DNA of 64,000 nt, taken from contig OY970303.1 in NCBI GenBank assembly GCA_963716255.1, positions 2,880,001 through 2,944,000 on the forward strand, written 5' to 3'. Source of the stretch: an uncultured Gemmatimonadales bacterium. Its GTDB lineage: Bacteria; Gemmatimonadota; Gemmatimonadetes; Longimicrobiales; Longimicrobiaceae. Under the pieces are notes generated by a model. The model was not told where the DNA came from and searched no databases. It saw only the letters and a program-made list of their open reading frames with translations. Position 1 is the stretch's first letter, and each line of letters starts with the position of its first letter. Positions 55,674 to 64,000 of this stretch are shown here, in pieces. Made by a program: the position numbers and the translations under genes.

Positions 55674-55967
55674 CTATTCAGCCACCAGATCGGCGTACTC
55701 CGGGTGCCGGCGCAGCCACACCTTTGCGTACGGGCAGAAGGCGACCACCTGCATCCCCGCCCCGCGGGCATGCTCCAGCGCGGCGCGCAGCAGCTCGCCG
55801 CCCAGCCCGCGCCCGCCCAGCGGCTCGGGCACCTCGGTGTGCATCAGGTACAGCCTGCCGTCCATCTCCGCGTAGGAGAGGTAGGCGGGCTCGCCCCCGG
55901 TGCGGATCTCGAAGCGCTCCTCCGCGGGGACGCGGACCACCTCCACGGCGTCGGGGCTCCCGGACAT
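55674..55967 (-). CDS. GNAT acetyltransferase (YjdJ-like)
   Basis: HTEVP...GRGLG, V.AFCPY...W..RHPEY. Confidence 0.88.
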   Translation of the reverse strand: MSGSPDAVEVVRVPAEERFEIRTGGEPAYLSYAEMDGRLYLMHTEVPEPLGGRGLGGELLRAALEHARGAGMQVVAFCPYAKVWLRRHPEYADLVAE

Positions 55968-56044
55968 GGCTCCCTCCTGCGGGTGCGTGCTGCGGGAAAC
56001 GATCGCAAACTCCGCTCCCGGCGCCGCGCGCACAAGGGCGGTGG

Positions 56045-57397
56045 TCAGGGCGCGGGGGCGGCGGGGTAGCCGCTCTCCCGCAGGATCGCGGCCGGGTCGT
56101 CCAGCCGCAGCAGCGCGCGGAAGGCCTCCTGCTTGTCCGCGGCGCGGGCGTAGAATTCCTGGGCGATGCGGTACCCCACGAAGTACCCCAGGTCCGCGGG
56201 CCACGACTCGGTGGCGGTGCCGTTGTTGCCGATCCACCCGCGCCAGTCGGTCTGGTGCATCTCGGCGGCGAAGGTTTCCCACACCTCGCGCTCGTGGGCC
56301 GTGCCCCAGGTGCGGTAGAAGGGCGCCGTGCCGCGGGGCGCCACCAGGTCGGCCAGGAAGTCGGCGCCGCCCTCGCGCAGCGCCCCGGCCAGCAGGGTGC
56401 GGTCGCGCAGCGGCGCCTGCTGCACGTGCACCAGCTCGTGCGCCACGGTGTGGGGAAGGTCCTCCACCGGGCCCACGATGCGGCGCAGCCCCAGGTGCAG
56501 CTCGTCGGTGGGGGTCTCCGGCGTCACCCCGTACATCTCGGTGCCGATGAGCAGACCGCGTCCCGAGACGGTGCCGCCGGAGCTGAGCCGCCCCACCACC
56601 AGGTACACGTCGGGGAACACCGCCTCCGGGTACAGCGCCTCCAGCCGCGCGAAGGCGGCGCGGATCTCCGGCTCCATGCGCGCCGCCCGCAGGGTGCTCG
56701 CCCGCACGCCGTCGTAGAAGCGCGGGTGGCGCGCCACGAACGCGCCCAGCTGCTCGGGGTTGCCGATCTTGAGCCGGTAGTAGTCGAGCAGCCCCGGGGT
56801 CCCGCGCTCCAGGTACTCGCGCAGGAAGACCGCGGCGCGGGAGCGGTCGCTCTGGCGGCGCGCGGCCATGTCGTAGGCGCGCCAGAAGCGATCCACGTCG
56901 TCGGCCACCACGCGGGCGTTGGCGGGGTCGCCGCGCTCGGCCCGGTAGCGCGCCTCGTTGCCCCGGGCCCCGTCGAGCAACACGGCCCAGCGGGGGTCGC
57001 CGTGCAGGGCGCGCAGGTCGGGGTCGGCGGTCATGCGCCCCGCGCCGCGGAACCCCACCGCCACCGCGCGCCCCAGGTAGTCCAGGGCGGACGCCGCGTC
57101 CCCACCCAGGGCGTAGGCGCAGGCGGCGCTGTAGAAGGCGGCCTCGCGCCGCCAGTACCCGGGTGCCTCGGCGGCGCGGGCGAACAGCTCCGCGGCGCGC
57201 GCGTGCCTGCCCCCCTGGTACGCCCCCGCCCCGCGCGCGAACAGCGCGTCGGCGGCGGAAAGCGCCTCCAGCGACACCTGCGCCGTGGCGGGCGAGGGGT
57301 CGGGCGGGGGCGAGGGGGCGCAGCCGCCCAGCAGGAGGACCCCGGCGGCGAGTGCGGCCCGCCGCGCGGGCCCGGCGGATCTCCGGCGACGGAGCAT
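56045..57397 (-). CDS. Lipoprotein with TPR-like N-terminus and DUF2268-like predicted Zn protease domain
   Basis: LGGC lipobox; YSAACAYAL...DPDL..L..DPRW; AHELVH, EGGADF, LGYFVGY. Confidence 0.7.
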   Translation of the reverse strand: MLRRRRSAGPARRAALAAGVLLLGGCAPSPPPDPSPATAQVSLEALSAADALFARGAGAYQGGRHARAAELFARAAEAPGYWRREAAFYSAACAYALGGDAASALDYLGRAVAVGFRGAGRMTADPDLRALHGDPRWAVLLDGARGNEARYRAERGDPANARVVADDVDRFWRAYDMAARRQSDRSRAAVFLREYLERGTPGLLDYYRLKIGNPEQLGAFVARHPRFYDGVRASTLRAARMEPEIRAAFARLEALYPEAVFPDVYLVVGRLSSGGTVSGRGLLIGTEMYGVTPETPTDELHLGLRRIVGPVEDLPHTVAHELVHVQQAPLRDRTLLAGALREGGADFLADLVAPRGTAPFYRTWGTAHEREVWETFAAEMHQTDWRGWIGNNGTATESWPADLGYFVGYRIAQEFYARAADKQEAFRALLRLDDPAAILRESGYPAAPAP

Positions 57398-57489
57398 GGC
57401 GAGCCTCCTCCGGCGGACGGGGGGGCGGAACGGGGTGACCGCCTCCGGGAAGGCGGCCCACGGAAAGGGAAGCAGACGCAAGCTCCGGG

Positions 57490-57960
57490 CTACGCGTCCG
57501 CCGCGGCGGGCTCCACGGCCAGGTGCCGCGCCAGGTAGGCGCGCACCGGGTCGGGGTGGCCCTCCGCCAGCACGGTGGCGACGTACGCTTCGCGCTCGAA
57601 CCAGAGCACCTGCAGGTCCCACACGCAGAACGATTCGCTCCCCTCCGCCGGCCGCCACGCCCTCTCCCCGCCGGCGGGGCGCACCCACACGCGCAGCGGC
57701 AGCTCGTTCTCGCGGTCCCACCACCCCAGCACCACGTACAGCATGCTCCGCCCGGCGTGCGCGACCACGAAGGCGGCGCCCGGGCGCCCGGCGGCGATGG
57801 CGGGGAGCGGCAGCGCCCCCGCGGCAAGCGCGATTCCCTCCTCGAAGGCCGCCAGCGCTGGCGGCGCGCCGTCGTGGGTGATGGAGTACAGCTTGAGCCG
57901 CCACCCCTCGCGGTGGCGCAGGCCGTGGAAGCGGACGGGTCGCGGGCGGAAGGGCTGCAT
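57490..57960 (-). CDS. Conserved hypothetical protein
   Basis: GWRLKLYSI, WWDRENEL, CVWDL.V.WFER.AY pattern; good codon bias. Confidence 0.65.
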   Translation of the reverse strand: MQPFRPRPVRFHGLRHREGWRLKLYSITHDGAPPALAAFEEGIALAAGALPLPAIAAGRPGAAFVVAHAGRSMLYVVLGWWDRENELPLRVWVRPAGGERAWRPAEGSESFCVWDLQVLWFEREAYVATVLAEGHPDPVRAYLARHLAVEPAAADA

Positions 57961-58133
57961 GGGACCGGGAGCGGGTGCGCGAGGGGGTCGCATTCACGAT
58001 GCGACGGCGCGGCGGGGACGGCAAGTGGGCGGCGGGGGAAGAACCCGCTTGCGCGCCGGCGCGCGGCGGCGATCTTGGAAGGGCGCGGCCCGCCCACCGG
58101 CACCCCCCCGTCCCTTCCCTCACCCCGCGGCAC

Positions 58134-59720
58134 ATGACCTGGGACTTCGTCGTCGTCGGCTCGGGGTTCGGCGGCAGCGTGAGCGCGCTGCGGCTGGCGG
58201 AAAAGGGCCACCGCGTTCTGGTGCTGGAAAAGGGGCGGCGCTTCCGCCCCGAGGACTTTCCGCGCAGCAACTGGAACCTGCGGCGCTGGCTGTGGATGCC
58301 GCGACTGGGCCTTCGCGGCCCCTTCCAGATGAAGTTCCTGCGCCACCTGACCGCGGTGTCGGGGGTGGGGGTGGGGGGCGGCTCGCTGGTGTACGCCAAC
58401 ACCCTCCCGGTCCCCGGCGCGGCCTTCTTCGAGGCGCCCGGGTGGCGCCACCTGGCCGACTGGCGGGCGGAGCTGGCCCCCGCCTACGCGCGCGCCCGCC
58501 GCATGCTGGGCGCCGCGCGCTACCCGCGCGCCACCTTCCCGGACGAGGTCATGGCCGCCGTGGCGCGCGACCTGGGCCGCGAGGACGGACTGCACCCGGT
58601 GGAGGTGGGGGTGTTCCTGGGGGAGCCGGGGACGACGGTGCCGGACCCGTACTTCGGGGGGGAGGGCCCGGCGCGGACGGGGTGCACCCACTGCGGCGGG
58701 TGCATGCTGGGGTGCCCGGTGGGGGCGAAGAACACGCTGGACCGCAACTACCTGTACCTGGCGGAGCGGCGCGGGGCGGAGGTGCGCCCGGAGCACGAGG
58801 TGGACTGGATCCGCCCGGTGGAGGGGGGCTACGAGGTGGAGGTGCTGGAGGGGCCGGTGCGCCCCTGGCGACGACGCCGCCGGGGCGTGGTCCGGGCGCG
58901 TGGCGTGGTGCTGGCGGGCGGGGTCCTGGGGACGGTTCCCCTCCTCCTCCGCCTGAAGGGGAGCCCGCGCGGCCTCCCCCGGCTCTCGGAGCGGCTGGGC
59001 GAATACGTGCGCACCAACTCGGAGGTGCTGATGGGGGTGGTGAGCGAGCGCCGCGACCGGGAGATGTCGGAGGGGGTGGCGATCACCTCCATCCTGCACA
59101 CCGACGACGGCTCCACGCTGGAGCCGGTGCGCTACCCCGCGGGCTCGGGCTTCTTCCGGGTTCTGATGGCGCCGCACGGGCCCGGCTCCACCGCCGCGGA
59201 GCGCATCCGCGGCGCCCTGCGCGCGGTGGCGCGCTCGCCCCGGCGCGCGCTGCGCGCCGCGATCAACCCGGACTTCGGGCGGCACTCGCTGATCCTGCTG
59301 TACATGCGCACGCTGGACAGCCACCTGTCGCTGCGCCCGGCGCGCTGGGGCCGCGGGGCGCGCAGCGTGCTGGCCCACGGCCCCGCCCCCACGGCGGCGA
59401 TCCCGGAGGCCACGGCGCTGGGCGAGCGGGTGGCCGCCCGCGCCGACGGCTTCCTGGCCAGCCTGGCCACGGAAACGCTCTTCGGCATCCCCACCACCGC
59501 GCACGTGCTGGGCGGCTGCGTGATGGGCGACTCGCCCGAGACCGGCGTGATCGACGCCGGACACCAGGTGTGGGGCTACCCCGGCCTGTACGTGGTGGAC
59601 GGCTCCGCGGTCTCCGCCAACCCGGGCGTGAACCCGTCGCTCACCATCTGCGCGCTGGCGGAACGCGCGATGGAGCGGGTCCCGGCGAAGGCGGAGGGGG
59701 CCCTCACCCGGCTCGCTTGA
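58134..59720 (+). CDS. GMC oxidoreductase, cholesterol oxidase (ChoD)-like
   Basis: VVGSGFGGSVSALRL, GVGGGSLVYAN, CTHCGGCMLGC, AKNTLDRNYL, TAHVLGGC, GVNPSLTI.ALAER. Confidence 0.88.
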   Translation: MTWDFVVVGSGFGGSVSALRLAEKGHRVLVLEKGRRFRPEDFPRSNWNLRRWLWMPRLGLRGPFQMKFLRHLTAVSGVGVGGGSLVYANTLPVPGAAFFEAPGWRHLADWRAELAPAYARARRMLGAARYPRATFPDEVMAAVARDLGREDGLHPVEVGVFLGEPGTTVPDPYFGGEGPARTGCTHCGGCMLGCPVGAKNTLDRNYLYLAERRGAEVRPEHEVDWIRPVEGGYEVEVLEGPVRPWRRRRRGVVRARGVVLAGGVLGTVPLLLRLKGSPRGLPRLSERLGEYVRTNSEVLMGVVSERRDREMSEGVAITSILHTDDGSTLEPVRYPAGSGFFRVLMAPHGPGSTAAERIRGALRAVARSPRRALRAAINPDFGRHSLILLYMRTLDSHLSLRPARWGRGARSVLAHGPAPTAAIPEATALGERVAARADGFLASLATETLFGIPTTAHVLGGCVMGDSPETGVIDAGHQVWGYPGLYVVDGSAVSANPGVNPSLTICALAERAMERVPAKAEGALTRLA

Positions 59721-59827
59721 GGCTCGCCACCCTCCCCCAATTCTGGGGGAGGGCTTCCTGACCTTCGAGTTTGTCGTGTCGTGCTCCCCCTCTCCCGCTT
59801 GCGGGGGAGGGGGCCGGGGGGAGGGGG
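59699..59827. repeat. Family-3 REP-like palindromes; the first contains the oxidase stop codon
   Basis: CCCTCACCCGGCTCGCTTGAGGCTCGCCACCCTCCCCC..GGGGGAGGG; CCCCCTCTCCCGCTTGCGGGGGAGGGGG. Confidence 0.75.
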
Positions 59828-59836
59828 CCTGCCGTC

Positions 59837-59965
59837 GCGTGAGGGATTTCGGCCCGAAGGGGCGAGACCCCGCGGCAGTTTGCGGGGGCTCGACTCCGTT
59901 ACGCAGCGTTGTTTGCTGCGTTACGGAGCCGAAGCCCGACCCCGGCGCCAGCCGGGGGCACGCCC
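59837..59965 (-). repeat. Family-1 structured repeat, copy 11
   Basis: Reverse-complement consensus match. Confidence 0.9.
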
Positions 59966-59988
59966 AACCCCGCAGTTCAACGAGCAGT

Positions 59989-62484
59989 TCAACGCGGCTC
60001 CGGCTCCGCCTGAGTCCACAGCAGCACCACCCCGCACGCCAGGTTGGCGGTCCTGTACTGCGGCGGCACTTCGGCGCCGTTGCGGTACACCTCGATGGCG
60101 ACGACGTCGCCCGTGCGGAGATGCCGGTCGATGTCCTGGCCCTGCTCGGGGCTGTCGCTCATGATGCGCACGCCGTCCAGGAACACCGGGAAGAAGCACT
60201 GGTCGGCGGAGCGGTCGTTCGAGCCCTCGCTGAGGCGCACGCTCGTGTTGCTCCGGCTGGAGACCAGGCGGGTCTCCATGGGGGGCGCCGTGCCCATGCG
60301 GCCGGGCGGCTGATGCCGGATCACCCGGATCCCCGGGATGGTGCGTATCACGCTGGACAGCGGGGCGCCGCGCCGGAAGTCCTCCTCCGTCAGGAAGACG
60401 CCCCACCCCATCCTCTGGCGCTCGTAGAACCCCACGGCGTCCAGGGAGCGGCGCTCCCGGCTCGCCTCCACCCGCAGCGGGTCCAGGGTGTAGGGGGTGG
60501 TCACCAGCGCGGCCAGCCGCATCCCCTCGCCCAGGCGCAGCTCCAGGTCGGCGGTGCCCCCCTCCACCACGGCCTTGACGGTGCGCGTGCCGTGCGCGGG
60601 GTGCGCGACGGTCACGTCCTGGCTGCCGGCCACGACGCCGCGCACGGTGAAGCGGCCCTGGGCGTCGGTGGTGGCCGGCGCTCCCCCGCCGCCCAGCACC
60701 ACCGTGGCCCCGGCCAGCGGGGCGCCGTCGGGGCCGCCGAGCACGCGGCCGGTGACCACGGCCCGCGCGCCCGCCGCCTGGCCGGGGCGCGGCGCCGCGG
60801 CGGCGACCCGGGGCGCCACCGTGAAGTCCTGGAGCACCGGACCGCCTTCCAGCTGGAGCGTGGTCCGCACCCGCGCCCCGGCGGCCTCCACCCGCACCGC
60901 CACCGGCCCCGCCGGCGCCCCGCAGAAGCGATACGCCCCGCGCGCGTCCGTCCTCACCTCCATGGCCCGCCCGCTCCCCGCGAGCGCCACCCGCGCGCCG
61001 GCGAGCGGCGCGTCGGTGCCGCCCTGCCGCACCACGCCCACCAGGATGCCGCTCCCGGCGGCGGTGCTGTCCGCCCCCGTGGCGCCCATGGCGGAGCACG
61101 CGGCCGCCAGCATCCGCACCGGCGGCGGCACCGCCAGGTCGCGCCGGGTGTTGGCCCCCCGCGCCAGCGTCACCGTGACCGGCGGCGGCGCGTACCCCAG
61201 CGAGTCCAGCCGCGCGCCCCCGAAGCTGACCGTGTAGCGCCCCTCGGGAAGGTTGGCCAGCTCGTAGCGCCCCGCGGAGTCGGTCTGCGCGGCGTACTCC
61301 GTGCCGCTCAGCCACACCCGCGCCCCCGCCAGCCCCGCCCGGCGCGTGCTGTCGTAGACCATCCCCGCCAGGCGCGCCCCCGCGGCGGCCAGCACCGGCG
61401 TCCCGTCGCGCCGCGCCACCTGCGTCAGCTCGCCGCCCTTTTCGCGCACCCCCAGCAGCGTCCACTGCTGCACCGGGCGGACCTCCGAGCCGGGCATGGG
61501 CTGCGCCACGGACACCTGCTGCACTCCCATGAGCGGCATGCGGATGCGCCACCGGCTCACGATCCAGTCGCCGGAGGGGAGCCTGCGGAACTCCAGCTCG
61601 CCGCCGGCGTTCTCGGCCGCGCGCCGGCTGTCCAGCCCGGTGTAGCGATACTCCATGCGCCGCAGCTCGCTGCTGGCGCGGTCCAGCCACAGCACCCCCT
61701 CGATATCCGGCAGCCGCCGCGCCCGCACCGGCTCGAAGGCCAGCCCGATCGTCCCCTCGTCCCCGGAGGGCGGCGCCTGGAGGCGGAAGCAGTGCTGCTC
61801 CAGGAAGGCGTCGGAAAGCAGCGCGGCGGCGTCCGGGGCGTGGAAGAGCAGCGAGTCGCCGTCCTCCTCCATGTACCCTTTCTCCGCCAGGCGCTCCAGC
61901 GGCACGGTGGTGAACGGGGTGCCGCTCATGCCGGCGCGCGTGCCGGCCTGCTCGGCCCGCACCGTGGCGCTGCGCGGGTCGACGTCGCGCTCGAAGACGC
62001 GCGCCGAGTAGCGATACAGCCCCTCGCGCGCGGCGCTCTCGGTGCCCTGCAGCGCCCGGCGCGCCGCTTCCCACACGGTGTGCACCGGCTCGCCCGCGGG
62101 GGGCATGGTGCGGCAGCGCGCGCGCTCCCCGCCGCGCACCACGATCCCCTCCAGCGAGCTTTCCTGCGGCGTCGCTTCCAGCCGGTGCTCCAGCGTCTCG
62201 CCCGCGGCCAGGCTCAGCAGCGGCGACACCGCCCGCACGAAGCCCATGGGCTCGGCGGACACGGTGTAGCCGCCGGCGGCGGGGGCGCGCAGCAGGAAGC
62301 GGCCGGACGCGTCGGTGCTGCCGGTGGCGACGACCCGCCCGGCGACGTCGCGCAGCTGCACGTGCGCACCGGGAACGGGTGCCCCGGAGCCGCCGCTGCG
62401 CAGCGTGCCGCGCACGGCCTGGGCGGACAGGGCCGCGGGGATGCCCAGGAGCAGGGCCAGGAGGAGGAGGAGACGGCGAGGCAT
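59989..62484 (-). CDS. Secreted protein with about 4 carboxypeptidase-regulatory-like domains and a C-terminal plug-like domain
   Basis: Signal peptide; repeated 'P(V/L).GA.V.L...TD..GR(F/Y)' units; C-terminal C..PVFLDG...AIEVY...VPPQY....CGVVLLWT. Confidence 0.7.
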   Translation of the reverse strand: MPRRLLLLLALLLGIPAALSAQAVRGTLRSGGSGAPVPGAHVQLRDVAGRVVATGSTDASGRFLLRAPAAGGYTVSAEPMGFVRAVSPLLSLAAGETLEHRLEATPQESSLEGIVVRGGERARCRTMPPAGEPVHTVWEAARRALQGTESAAREGLYRYSARVFERDVDPRSATVRAEQAGTRAGMSGTPFTTVPLERLAEKGYMEEDGDSLLFHAPDAAALLSDAFLEQHCFRLQAPPSGDEGTIGLAFEPVRARRLPDIEGVLWLDRASSELRRMEYRYTGLDSRRAAENAGGELEFRRLPSGDWIVSRWRIRMPLMGVQQVSVAQPMPGSEVRPVQQWTLLGVREKGGELTQVARRDGTPVLAAAGARLAGMVYDSTRRAGLAGARVWLSGTEYAAQTDSAGRYELANLPEGRYTVSFGGARLDSLGYAPPPVTVTLARGANTRRDLAVPPPVRMLAAACSAMGATGADSTAAGSGILVGVVRQGGTDAPLAGARVALAGSGRAMEVRTDARGAYRFCGAPAGPVAVRVEAAGARVRTTLQLEGGPVLQDFTVAPRVAAAAPRPGQAAGARAVVTGRVLGGPDGAPLAGATVVLGGGGAPATTDAQGRFTVRGVVAGSQDVTVAHPAHGTRTVKAVVEGGTADLELRLGEGMRLAALVTTPYTLDPLRVEASRERRSLDAVGFYERQRMGWGVFLTEEDFRRGAPLSSVIRTIPGIRVIRHQPPGRMGTAPPMETRLVSSRSNTSVRLSEGSNDRSADQCFFPVFLDGVRIMSDSPEQGQDIDRHLRTGDVVAIEVYRNGAEVPPQYRTANLACGVVLLWTQAEPEPR

Positions 62485-62701
62485 GGAAGACCCTCCGGAC
62501 CGGTGGAGACACGGTGGGAACCCACCCACATTACGCCGTCACGCGCAGGCGTACAACACGCCCGGCCGGATGGGCCAATCGCTGCCGGGGCTGGCGACCG
62601 AGGGCGGCGGTGCGGTGGACGCTGGTGGCAGGTGCCTCGCCCGCCTACTTTTGCGGCGCCCGCCACACCGCGCCCGGAGGCGCTTCCCCGCATCGCCGCC
62701 C

Positions 62702-64000
62702 ATGACCGACCACGCACCGGACCCGGACCGCGCCGCCCTGCTGGACCGCATCGCCCGGCTGGAGCGCGCCGGGCGCCCGCTCGACCCCGGCGCTGGCCGC
62801 CGCAGGCGGCTGCGCGACGCGGTGGTCGCCTCCTCCGAGCGGTTCCTGCGGGGGATCGGCTCGCTGCGGGCGTACCAGGAGGCGGATGATCCCGGGATCG
62901 GGGTGCTGGAGGTGCCCATCCCGGAGCACGGGGTGCCGCTGGAGGACGCCATCCGGGTGCTGGAGGACGCGGTGGCGGGGCCGGGGGGGAACCCGGCCTC
63001 GCCCGGGCACCTGGCCTACATCCCGGGGGGCGGGCTCTACCACTCGGCGCTGGCCGACTACCTGGCGGCGGTCACCAACAAGTACGCGGGGATCTTCTTC
63101 ACCGGGCCGGGGCCGGTGCGCATGGAGAACCTGCTGATCCGCTGGGTGGCGGACCTGGTGGGGTACCCGGCGGGGGCGGGGGGCAACATCGCGTCGGGGG
63201 GGAGCATCGCCAACCTGGCGGCGATCACCACGGCCCGGGACGCCCACGGGCTGAAGGGGGCCGACTACGCCCGCGCGGCGGTGTACACGACGTCGCAGGC
63301 CCACCACGCCATCGACAAGGCGCTCCGCATCGCGGGGCTGGCGGAGGTGCAGGTGCGCCGCGTCGCCATGGACGAGCGCTTCCGCATGCGCCCGGATGCC
63401 CTGGCGGAGGCGGTCGCCGCGGACCGCGCGGCGGGGCTGCGGCCCTGGCTGGTGATCGCGGCGGCGGGCACCACCGACACCGGCGCGGTGGACCCGCTGG
63501 ACGCCATCGCGGACGTGGCGGAGCGGGAGGGCTGCTGGTTCCACGTGGACGCGGCGTACGGCGGCTTCTTCCTGCTCACGGAGCACGGCCGGAGGCTGCT
63601 CCGGGGGATCGAGCGCTCGGACTCGGTGGTCCTGGACCCGCACAAGAGCCTGTTCCTGCCCTGGGGCTCGGGGATGGTGGTGGTGCGCGACGTCCGGCCG
63701 CTGGCGGCCACGCACCACTACTCCGGCAGCTACATGCAGGACGCCCTGCGCGAGCCGGGCGAGGTTTCCCCCGCGGACGTGTCGGCGGAGCTCACGAAGC
63801 CGTTCCGGGCGCTGCGCATGTGGCTGCCGCTGGTGCTGCTGGGCGTGGCGCCCTTCCGCGCGGCGCTGGAGGAGAAGCTGCTGCTGGCCCGCTACTTCCG
63901 CGAGGAGGCGCGGGCGCTGGGCTTCGAGGTGGGCCCGGAGCCGGACCTTTCCGTGGTCACCTTCCGCTGGGCGCCCCCGGGGATGGAGCTGGACGAGGCC
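62702..64000 (+). CDS. PLP-dependent group II amino-acid decarboxylase (partial, runs off the window)
   Basis: SGGSIANL, AGTTDTGAVDPL, WFHVDAAYGG, DPHK. Confidence 0.9.
   Translation, partial: MTDHAPDPDRAALLDRIARLERAGRPLDPGAGRRRRLRDAVVASSERFLRGIGSLRAYQEADDPGIGVLEVPIPEHGVPLEDAIRVLEDAVAGPGGNPASPGHLAYIPGGGLYHSALADYLAAVTNKYAGIFFTGPGPVRMENLLIRWVADLVGYPAGAGGNIASGGSIANLAAITTARDAHGLKGADYARAAVYTTSQAHHAIDKALRIAGLAEVQVRRVAMDERFRMRPDALAEAVAADRAAGLRPWLVIAAAGTTDTGAVDPLDAIADVAEREGCWFHVDAAYGGFFLLTEHGRRLLRGIERSDSVVLDPHKSLFLPWGSGMVVVRDVRPLAATHHYSGSYMQDALREPGEVSPADVSAELTKPFRALRMWLPLVLLGVAPFRAALEEKLLLARYFREEARALGFEVGPEPDLSVVTFRWAPPGMELDEA

Noticed and set aside
2161..59965. Family-1 repeats as a CRISPR array or as tRNAs
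   Set aside because: Copies are dispersed rather than regularly spaced, the variable parts are self-complementary stems rather than spacers, and no cas genes are present. There is no T-loop/D-loop consensus or CCA end, and the length is about 130 nt.
424..63718. Numerous long R/G/P/A-rich ORFs in the six-frame track (e.g. 43187-46432-, 28866-31940+, 18847-21777-, 59776-62889+, most of 55674-59564-)
   Set aside because: Shadow ORFs caused by stop-codon scarcity at very high GC; they overlap well-supported genes in other frames and lack motifs.
1..64000. Autonomous mobile element (IS, RAYT, integrase) responsible for the repeats
   Set aside because: No transposase, HUH or recombinase motifs were recognised in any ORF of this window; any mobiliser must be encoded elsewhere.

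Overview
Very GC-rich bacterial window. The gene content (many lipoproteins, carboxypeptidase-regulatory-like and plug-like proteins, GGDEF-EAL triplet) suggests Gemmatimonadota, Longimicrobium-like; this is inference only. It holds about 55 credible CDSs, mostly metabolic, transport and signalling genes. I saw no rRNA, tRNA, CRISPR array, integrase or transposase. Highlights: (1) eleven dispersed copies of a ~130-nt multibranched palindromic element with strong compensatory base changes, plus a related second family whose hairpins carry AAACTGC loops and a third REP-like family, several copies of which supply gene stop codons; (2) three secreted 6-Cys peptides with a shared signal-peptide motif, one with a canonical CS-alpha-beta defensin cysteine pattern; (3) a LacI-controlled 9-gene cluster resembling a polyester/hydroxyacid utilisation locus (TonB receptor, PHB-depolymerase-family lipoprotein, SSS symporter, two acyl-CoA ligases, V4R-like protein, and a FabH-like enzyme with its His/Asn catalytic residues replaced by Thr/Tyr); (4) an HD-domain + Hsp90-like GHKL ATPase conflict-type protein with a lower-GC C-terminus; (5) toxin-antitoxin modules and orphan antitoxins. 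All family assignments come from motif recognition by eye, not from database searches.
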